DNA of 64,000 nucleotides from Callorhinchus milii (taxonomy: Eukaryota): NCBI RefSeq assembly GCF_018977255.1, contig NW_024704742.1, positions 64,668,001 through 64,732,000 of the forward strand, given 5' to 3'. The position numbers and the translations under genes were made by a program. A model generated the notes under the pieces. It worked only from the letters and a program-made list of their open reading frames with translations. It did not search any database and was not told the DNA's origin. Below, piece by piece: positions 54,266 through 64,000 of this stretch; the first letter of the stretch is position 1, and each line of letters opens with the position of its first letter.

Positions 54266-55249
54266 CTATTTTAACATACACATATATAAAAAAAGGGAAT
54301 GATTGTGAGAAAAGTTTTCTGCCAATTCTTTTTGTCTGCTGAATGTGCTGAACTCAGGTCAAGAATCAGTTCCACTTGGGCCAGATGGTACCGCACTCAA
54401 GTGATCGCTTTCCAGAAATAATATCCGTCACCTTGATAATATGCTCAAACTTTAGTGCGTCAGCCTGGCTAAATTGGTAGCCTCCAAGTCCGAAAGTTGT
54501 GGGACTTTGGTACTTGGAACTCATATAATCTAATGCAAAATATGCAATCTTTTGGGCGTTAACTCCATTGGTGGAGGTGCTGTCATTTGGATGAGATGTT
54601 GTACCGAAACAAGACATTACGCCACATGAAAGGCACTATATAAACACAAGTAGTTGTTGTAAATCGAGGTTCCATCTGTCTGTCTGTCTGCCTAACGACC
54701 CCATGGCTATCAAAAAAGGAATGGAGTTTCTATCAGTGTCCTGACCAAAAATCCCCCAAATAAAATTGGTCATTCACTTCCTAGCTGTTTGTGGGAAATT
54801 GCTGTCCACATATTGACTGCCACATTCATCCACCAAACATAGTCACCACACTTTACAGTATATCCTGTGAAGCTCTTTGGGATTTCCTCCCACGTGAAAG
54901 AAGATATCTACAAGACGTGAAATGCGCTATATCAAATGCAAGGGTTATAGAAATAAGATTCACCAACAAAAGACAACGTCAGAAAAAATCAATAATAATA
55001 ATCCTTGCATTTGATACAGCAACTCATCAAGTGGCTGAGATGTCTCAAAGCATTTCATAGAATATATTGTAAAGCGGATTTATAAATCAAACAGCCACCG
55101 TGAAGATACTGAGCTAGTTTGGTTAGGAGGACACATTTTCTTTTTTAAAAAAAAATTGCATATTTTGCTCCATGGCTCGTTGCATTTTGAGGAACCCAAA
55201 CATTTCTAAACAACCAGGGAGTTTTCCAGAACATTTGACGGAATGAGAC

Positions 55250-55875
55250 AAATCTACAACAACATCAACAACAACTTGGATTTATATAGCGCTCTCCATG
55301 CCAGATGGCGTCTCAGAGCGCTTCACAGTAACGGATTCCGGGACCGAGCCAAGGGGAGGGGGAGGAAGGTGACCAAAGGCGCAGTCAAAAAGGTCTTCAG
55401 CAGGGACCTGAAAATAGGAAGAGAGGGGGCGAGGCGATGGGAGTGAGGAAGGGCGTTCCAGAGCCTCTGGGCATAGTGGCTGAAGGCACGTTCGCAGAGG
55501 GTGGAGCGGAGGACTTGGGGGACGAGGAGGAGGTCAGACCCGGAGGAACGAAGGCAACGGGTACTGTTTTGAGGAGCGATTTTAGATGTTGACAAGAGTC
55601 AAAGGGGAGGTGAAGTCACGGTTGAAGAGAAAAGTCTTGAGACCGGCCTTGAAGGAGGAAAGGGAGGAAGCAAGGCAAAAGCACTGGGGGATGGAGTTCC
55701 AGAGCCTAGGGGCTGAGAGGCTGAAAGCCCGACCACCATTAGGGCGGGGATGTGGAGCAGACCGGAGCCAGAGGAATGGAGGGTACGGGCAGGTAAGTAG
55801 GGGGATAGTAGGTCGGAGAGGTAGGAGGGAGCAAGGCCGTGAATGGCCTTGTAGGTGAGGATGAGGATCTTGCCC
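55250..55875 (-). mobile_element. Two tandem L2 3' fragments
   Basis: RAFSHYAQRLWNALP, KILILTYKAIHGLAPSYLSDLL (ORFs 55323..55595 and 55599..55973). Confidence 0.85.
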
Positions 55876-56894
55876 GAAACCAGAGACACAGAGTAAAGGG
55901 CTCTCTCTGGCTGTGTGTGAACAGAGGCCTGCTTGAGGAATAACAAATACCTATTGAGGTAGGGACAGTGCATGTTCTAACTGGCCTGGTTCTATCGAGC
56001 TTGTGACAGCTTACAACAACACGTACTGTACACACGAGCAGGAAAGCTGTTTGTTATTTTGTTATTTTCCACCAACTGCAGGAAGAAAATAAACCACAAA
56101 GGGGAACAATTATCAACAGTGCCAGTGGTGGTTACCACACACCGGTTACTAACAGAACAATACTTTGGATCTAAGGTTCCCAAAGCTCTATTGTAGACTA
56201 TTCCACACGGAATCGATTGCTGTCAACATCTCCATTATTGTTGCATGCAACTACCAGGATGGTAGAAGTTGACCTAGATGGGCCGTAGTCTTTTTTTAAA
56301 ATCAAGCAATTCCTATGTTCCTGTGAATTCAGTCAAAAACTAAGACTAAGGAGTATAATCCCCCTCTTTTCCCACTGCATCCCCCCACCCAGATCTTCCA
56401 GAAACAGATCCACCATCACTTTTGTTGGCAGTGAATATTTTTCTGTCCCGAAAATGCAATAGAATTAGATGAGGGAAAAAGAAATAAAGAGGTGTAGGTA
56501 AAGGGAATAGAGGGATTTAGGTGAAGGTAATAGGAGTGATGGAGGCTCTTGTGGAGTAAAAACAGTGGCATCGAATAGTTGGGGTGAACGGTCCATTAAC
56601 ATGCGGTAATAACTCTATGTAACAAAACAAACAGTCAATCTACTTTACAGTATATCCTGTGAAGCACTTTGAGATGCCTCAGTGACGTGATAGCAGTACC
56701 ATATCAAAGGCAAGGATTATTATCTCTACTGGGAGTTAGCTCTAAAACTCACTAACTCGTTTCTTTCTTTCCAATTGCTAGTATGCAAAAAAACTTTTTG
56801 AAATGAACTTTCATTTGCCATTACTTTTGCATTTTTGTTGTTGTTTTAAACAACGTACGTGAGATTGCTAATACAGTGAAGAATTCGGACTTAC

Positions 56895-56995
56895 TTTGTG
56901 CACTCGTTAAATAGTTCCTTGCAAGGGCTCTGTTCCAGCCTTTCCTTACACTGTCTCACTGTGTCGGCGGGCACTTCGGGCAAATGAGCTGCCGA
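56895..56995 (-). CDS. GRK4: GRK4 exon 5 (101 nt): SAAHLPEVPADTVRQCKERLEQSPCKELFNECT(K)
   Basis: ttcag acceptor and gtaagt donor; PCKELF..C motif. Confidence 0.92.
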
Positions 56996-58600
56996 CTGAA
57001 ATGAACAACATTAGAGAGGCATGGAATAATTATTACAGTGGTCCAATTTTCTCTCTCTCTCCCACCCCTTCCCATCTTCCAGCATTACATTTAAAAACCC
57101 AGCCCTGATGGCGAGGGGAGAATCGTCATTTGTTCTGGCTTCACTGCCCAACTAAAAAAAATCTTAATAGTTTGACAAAATTATTGAAAATTATTGACTC
57201 CATAAAACCCTCCTCTCTCAACCAAAGTGGGTCTTCCGTCCCGGCTCAGTCACAGGAGGGTTCTCAGTAATGCAAGTCCCCCCTTTTGTGAGACACAGGT
57301 GGGGGCTCTCAACATGCAAATGCTGGAAGCTTAACATAGGGGGAGGGGGGAAGTGGACAGAGAATAAGATGGGGGGGGAGAAAACAAATATGAACACGAG
57401 AAGGGTGTAGCAGACGTAGTTTGCTTATCAGCAAACATTCATGAATTTTCATCAGCAATGTTAGAAAATTCACGCAAATTCTAAACAAACGCTCCAACCG
57501 GATGGATATAAAAAGTACACACTGGCATTCTAAGTAGATGGTGTAGATGAAGGGTTCAAACAATCAGAAGATTATATAGCAACTGACACATGAGTTTCAT
57601 TAATAAAAGCCCTTCAAACAAACCACAGAACAAAATGGTAATTTTTCACAGAATTGCCAACATCCGCTCGCTCAAACACTACTCACGGCCACTTCAGCAA
57701 AATAGCAGCCAGCTATTTAATTAATAAATAAGTAAGTAAGTAAGTAAGTAAATAAATAAATAGCAACTCACTGAGGATGGCACCCAGCTAGCTAGGACCT
57801 CCCCACCTGTGTGGTTTCCTGGATAGAAGGCGTGTCTATCATTGCCAAGTCTTCTCTGGATTATTCCCTCTCTTGCTCAGTCGTGTCCTCTCAGTTCAGT
57901 CCTAGGGAGACCTCGCTCATCACTCCCTGAAAGCACAGGCTAGGGCAGGCTCAGTCACCCCCAACCTGTCTGCGGTTCATCTCTTTAAGAGGAGCTAGAA
58001 GGGGAAAGCCCTGAGGAGGACCATAGCCAGTTCTCCGAGCAGTCGCAGCCCCAACCCACAGCCGCCTCGGGCCCCTCTTGCTCCTCCCCCAGCTCATCGA
58101 CGGCAACCGCCCACTTATAGCCCAACGAGCTGCCCATTAGGGCGACCTCACCTCTGGCTGGCCAATGGATCGATCAGTCAAGCCAACGGCTCACCTGTCT
58201 TCAAGGGGACTGACCCTTTAACTGGGTTTTACTCAGCCCCTCCACCCTCCAGCACAGAAAAGAATATTTTCACCATTCTTTGCTCAAAGGGAGAATGCTT
58301 TTTAAATAAAACTGAACGGTGATTATTTTATTGACCTCAAAAGTGTAAAGGGCCAAGTGAACCCACCTGGATTTAAACCCAAAAGTCCGGACGTAACCTT
58401 AACTCAGCTGAAACTAAAATAAAAGCTTATTTTAACATTTTTGCACCGAGCAAACAGTTAAATTGTGACTAACTATCCGACCCAGCATCAAAGCACTTGA
58501 CCCAGATGATCCAGTTGACTGCACTGCCTCTGAGCAAAGGGTGTGAGCCAGTCAGGTTACCAACGGAGAAAAGTTTGCATCAGAAAGTTAAGAAACGTAC

Positions 58601-58678
58601 CCCATTGTTGAAGTAAGTCTCTAAAAGCTGGAGTCCATAATCCCGTCTCTTCTCATCTGGAGCCACCTCGTACTCGGT
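58601..58678 (-). CDS. GRK4: GRK4 exon 4 (78 nt): TEYEVAPDEKRRDYGLQLLETYFNNG
   Basis: gtgcag acceptor and gtacgt donor; EYEV.PDEKR motif. Confidence 0.92.
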
Positions 58679-59629
58679 CTGCACAACAACAACAAGTCAG
58701 AATCAAACCAGTTATTACGACACTGCAGCAGTATTTGTACAGGGTGATAGAATGCATCCATTTGGACGTGCAGCTCTCACAATACACATTTATGTAATGC
58801 CTTCCAGGTCAAGCGCACTCCGCACTTCACCAGCCACTGCCTCCCCTTGGCTGGTTCCAGCCTCCTGCTCGATCCTCGTCCTCTCCGCTCTATCATCGGT
58901 AGCTCTGCTTTCCACCACTATTTACCAAAGCTTTGGAACTCTGTCCCTCAATCCCTCCGCCTTGCCCCCTCCTTCCCTTCTTTTAGATAATGATAAGACC
59001 TTCCTCTTCGACCGTGCTTAAGGTCACCTCTTCCCTCCCCCCAGGTCGGTGTCAGATTCCGCCTTTGTTAAGCCCTCTGAGATTCTGCCCCTCACATAAA
59101 GGGTGCTATATAAATGCAAGTTGTTATACTGCTAACTGGCCACCCAAATTGGGGTTGGAGATGGGGGGAGGATGAAGATGAGTGCTGAAGATTGTGGGAG
59201 GAAAAAGAGGCTTTGAAAGTGGAATTCCTTGCTGTAGATGCCCATTCTGGGAGCCAGCACATCATTTACGGATGATTAAACCTGCCTGATGCACTCAAAC
59301 GCTTTTTAATATCTGTAACACTTTTATTCTCTTGTTAACTTCCTTCCTCCCACCCACCGTCATATAAAGACAAAGCAGAACTCCTGTCTATCCAGGCAGA
59401 GATGCTCTTGTATTAACTACAGGATCTGAATGAGAAATGAGACTAGCCTTGGTTAATGGTCTCTTGTTTTTTTTCCAATCCTCTATTCCATTACCTCATT
59501 TATTATTGCATCTAATTGTACTTTAACTATTCCCGACGGTTTTACAGCCTGCAACTGGATCTGTAATGTTCAAACTGAACAAGCTGACTATACCTTGGTT
59601 TAATGTGCCATCTGAAGGATGGTACATCC

Positions 59630-60000
59630 GACAACAACAAATTTCATTTCTACAGTGTATTTCGCGTCGGGAGGACTTCCTAAGGCACTGGATGATGTGG
59701 GTTTTGTCCCTGAGCTGCGAGTTGGGATCAGAGAGGGGGTGAGGCTAATGGGTGGGGGGGGGATGGAGAAGGGAAGATGACCGAAGGTACAGTCGAAAAG
59801 GAAATTCTTGAGACGAGTCATGAAGGAGGGAAGAGAGGACAAGGCTGAGGGTCTCCGGGATGGAGTTCTAGAGGGAGGAGGCAAGAAGACTGACGGCCCA
59901 ACCACTGATAGTGGAGTAGGCAAGGGATGCGGAATAGGCCAGTGCCTGCAGAGCAGAGGGAGCGGGCAAACTGCTGAAGTTTAAATATGTCACAGAGGTA
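59630..60000 (-). mobile_element. L2 3' fragment
   Basis: FMTRLKNFLFD motif; tail ending gttgttgt on the minus strand. Confidence 0.75.
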
Positions 60001-60144
60001 GTTGATCGGCAGATGGGGGTTGATCGGCTCACAAAGCTCACCTCCAACAATGGAGCGATGTCCCGGCACAGCGCTGGCCCAAAACCTGACAGTCTGTGAC
60101 GCTGGACTTGAACCTACAATCTTCTGCCCTTGAGGTGAGAGTCA

Positions 60145-60579
<435 letters not shown>

Positions 60580-61217
60580 TCAGTTGCTCATTGTTGTCAT
60601 CCACTCCCTCTGCACCACCATCAGTGGCTGAGCCTTCAGTCACTATGTCCCACACCCCAATCCCTCTGCCTCGCCCCCTCTTTAAATCCCATCTTNAAAA
60701 AACCTTCCTCTTTGACCAACAGTTATCTTCCCCTTCCTCCCTTCCTTGGGTCCAACCTTACCACTGTGAAGTGCTTCAAGATGTTATCCTATGTCAATTG
60801 CTGTATAATATATATGTGTAAATGCAAATTGTTGCACCATTTTCTATAAACTCTAGTGCTCCAGTAGCATTAATATGCAGGTTGTAAATATGCACCTTGT
60901 AAAGGCAATGCAAGGCAAAGGCTTTCTTGACCATTTAATAAATTACAGATTCTTTTTAAAAATGCAGTAATTTAGCATTAGTTTCCATATCTGTCACATA
61001 TTATAATAATAAATTAAAAGATGCTGGTCTGCCTCTTCAGTGGATGGTTAAGATCACGTCACCATATTCAACATCCAACTTTCAAACTACACAATGCTAC
61101 TGACTCAAGTATTGTACTTCTTAACTGATTAAATTGATGCTGTTAGCTTTTAATTATTATCCAGAGTTCAATTTACTCAGGTATCTAATGGTACAGTATT
61201 AGAGTATTTTTTTTTGC

Positions 61218-61531
61218 TCAGCCAGGTGTCTGATACATGAAGAAACCTACCATGATGCTGAAGAGTATCCAAACCAGACTAAGAGTTCCATGTATGCCAC
61301 CTACACATGGAATTCCTATGACTTGATTGGAATGCGCACTCTCTCCCAGGAGGGAATCACCTTTCTTACCTTATCCCAGATGTAGGTTGACAAGATTTAC
61401 TTCTTCGACCAGGCCTATGGTCACCTTCCCCTCCTTGGAGAGATCAGAGTCCACATTGCTGGACTTTAACCACTAAAGCAGCATACTCTTAAGCGTGGTG
61501 ATAGGTTTCCTTGTGTCAAACACTTGGCTGA
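61218..61531. mobile_element. MITE-like element with ~50-bp imperfect terminal inverted repeats; partial copies at about 12265-12425, 33320-33455, 37230-37470, 46265-46500 and 51478-51690
   Basis: Left end tcagccaggtgtctgatacatgaagaaacctac...aagagtat matches the reverse complement of right end atactcttaagcgtggtgataggtttccttgtgtcaaacacttggctga; shared core CCTACACATGGAA and TTAAGAGTATCCAAACC. Confidence 0.65.
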
Positions 61532-61889
61532 TTTTTGCAACACCCGCTGCCTTCACAATTACCGATGTCCACCTTATTATTTCTAATCCACATTCCCAAC
61601 AAGTCTCACATCTTTCCAATCAATTCTATACTTTTTTTTATTCCACTGGTTAAAAAGTTTGCGCATCACATGTGAAACAGATAAAACTTCTCAGTTCATG
61701 CTGGTGATATGCAATCATTCTCGGATCAGATATTATTGTACGTGTTCCCCTTCCACTTCTACCAACTGATCAGTTCCTCTTAATTTCCAAATCAGCTTTT
61801 GAAATGCAGTGGTCAGGAAGGGGGGGAAGTGAGCGCTGTGGCTAAGATTAAGTAGGAAACAAGCAGATACAGTAGACCTGAAAGCCTAA

Positions 61890-63050
61890 TAATAAATAAT
61901 AATATTTCCAATTAATACGTGCCTGTGTTTGACAATAGTATCTTATTACATAATGGTGATGTCCCAAACAGTTAGTGTATTTGTAGGCAAATGCAGCAGC
62001 CAAATTGCGCACAGCGGTGTTCCACAAACAGCCATTAAGTGAATGATCAATTTTATTTTGTGAATTGTTGGCCAAGGCAGCAATAGCCTCTCTATAATAG
62101 GCAAAGTGCCGTAAAGTAAATTGGCTGTGTATTTTGCGTGCGAAACGCGGCAGCCAATTGCACACAACAGTGTCCCAGAAACAGTCGTGGATTAAGTGAC
62201 CAAATCTATATTTTTTTTAGAGACTATTAGCCTCAGAGAGCAATCCACCAATCGACTAACAACCAGATTCCTACTTAATGCTAGGTAAACAGAGGCGTAT
62301 GGAGTAAGGAAATGTGCATACGGTTTTGCCCAGAATCAAACCTGGGTCCTCTCGCTTGCAAGGCTAGTGCTCTAACCATTACTCTACAGGACCCCACATA
62401 CAGTCCAATTCAGTCATGAAAAATGGAGAGATACTAAGACCTTCGGCAGGCTTGGATATGTGAAGTCCTGAAGCTTCGATTCCAGGGCAGTGGAAAACGG
62501 TAGACAAGTTTCCTTACTCCACATGCCTCTGTTTATTTAGCAGTAAGTAGGAACCCAGTTGTTCGTCGATCGGTACATTGCTTTTCCAGGGGTAATAATC
62601 TCTTCAAATATATGTATATAATATACACCCAATCTCTGCTGCCACAACTATGATTTACTGCTCACATAGCTGCTTGCAAAGCAATAATAATAATCCTTGC
62701 ATTTGATATAGCACCTTATCACGTATTCAAGACACCTCAAAGTGCTTCGCAGAATATACTGTAAGGTGAATTGACTGTATATGTTGTGGGCGAAAGGTGG
62801 CAGTAAATTGCGCACAGCAGTGTCCCACAAGCAGTCGTGGATTAAGTAACCAAATTATTATTATTTGTTTAGTTTTTTTTTAAACAGTATTATTACCCTG
62901 GAAAAGTGATCCGCCAACTGGGTTCTTACTTACTGCTCGGTAAACAGAGGCATGTGGAGTGAGGAGACTTACTAACATTTTGACCCGCCCGGGAATCAAA
63001 CCCGGATCCTCTCGCTTGCAAGGCGAATGCTCTAACCAATACGCTACATT
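61890..63050. mobile_element. Cluster of SINE copies (approximately 61890-62050 -, 62115-62398 -, 62505-62605 +, 62683-63050 -)
   Basis: Repeated SINE head, body and tail motifs in both orientations. Confidence 0.8.
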
Positions 63051-64000
63051 GCAAAATAAGAGCAAATTGTGGATAACCAACCCAATGCTCAGATTTTAAA
63101 CCTACTCTCTAGGCCACGCAAACCTGGAAGATGCCAGGTTCAATCCCACTCTGTGCTACTTAAATCTCAGCACAATTGGCCTCAGCACTTCAGGCTAGGA
63201 AAGGAAAAATAAAATTTGCTACAGTTCTTGCTCATAATCCTGAACCAACGAGTGCCAAAGCAAACTGCCCAAGTCCAGAGATCAGGCAAGTACAGATCTA
63301 GCGTGATCAGTCACTCCCTCTGCCGGCTTCATGTCCTCCGCCTGATCCACCTATGTGTTGGTGCGCAAGCTTTCAGCATTCTGCCTCCACTCTATAACTC
63401 TAGAGTCCCTCCAACTTGCCCACTTCTAAAGTTCACCTACAGAACTATCTTTTTAACCTCACTTTCGGTCATATTCACCCCCCTCCCCAGCCCAACAACC
63501 CAATACTCAGCTACTCCATCCCAGCTCGAGTGCCCAGTCAGCTGTTTGAACATAGGAACAGAAGTAGGCCATTCAACCCTCAAACCTGTTCTGCCATCAT
63601 GGCTGATCTCTACCTCAACTCCAAATACCCATTTTATTCCATATCGCTTGATACCTTTACCTTACAAAAATGTATCCACCTCAGGCTTGAAAATTTGAAT
63701 TGATTCCGTGAAGCTCATTGAGATGTCTGCCGAGAAAGCTGCTATATAAATGTAAATTGTTGCTGTCGACAAATTCAACCCAGTCTTGCTTATACAGACC
63801 CTCTCGCCCACACAATACACAGATACTTGGGCAAGGTACTGATGTTCAGACAGCCACCAGGAACCTTAGAAAACCCCAGCAAAAGTTGGTGCCATGAGGA
63901 AAGAAGCAAGAGAATTGGGACAAGGATTTTTCTCTGAATAAAAACATAAAACTGGTTATTTAACACAGCGAATCATACACATAAAACACATTTGCTGAAT

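Overview
Eukaryotic (vertebrate) genomic DNA, not prokaryotic. The repeat landscape (Deu-type tRNA-SINEs, L2 and CR1 LINE fragments, a Penelope-like tail) points to a cartilaginous fish, probably a chimaera; this is an inference. Two spliced genes lie in tandem on the minus strand. One is a GRK4-subfamily kinase, called GRK4 by synteny: exons 3-16 at 60404->36396, with the 5' exons outside the window and a 3'UTR to about 35240. The other is huntingtin (HTT): CpG-island promoter plus exons 1-9 at 29822->5940, with the gene continuing beyond base 1. All 23 exons were read manually, with consistent splice phases and an open frame. Most notable: HTT exon 1 carries only two glutamines and no proline-rich domain. 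There is a strong-context 10-codon uORF inside a YY1 motif, and a GC donor at exon 9 shadowed by a perfect GT donor that would create a premature-stop isoform. An LTR-like 1.1-kb insert framed by ~180-bp direct repeats sits in HTT intron 1. GRK4 has a GRK6A-like PDZ-type C-terminus. There are two subfamilies of a young L2-partnered SINE and a multi-copy MITE-like family. No wholly new multi-gene system is supported. Most entries in the six-frame ORF track are spurious.
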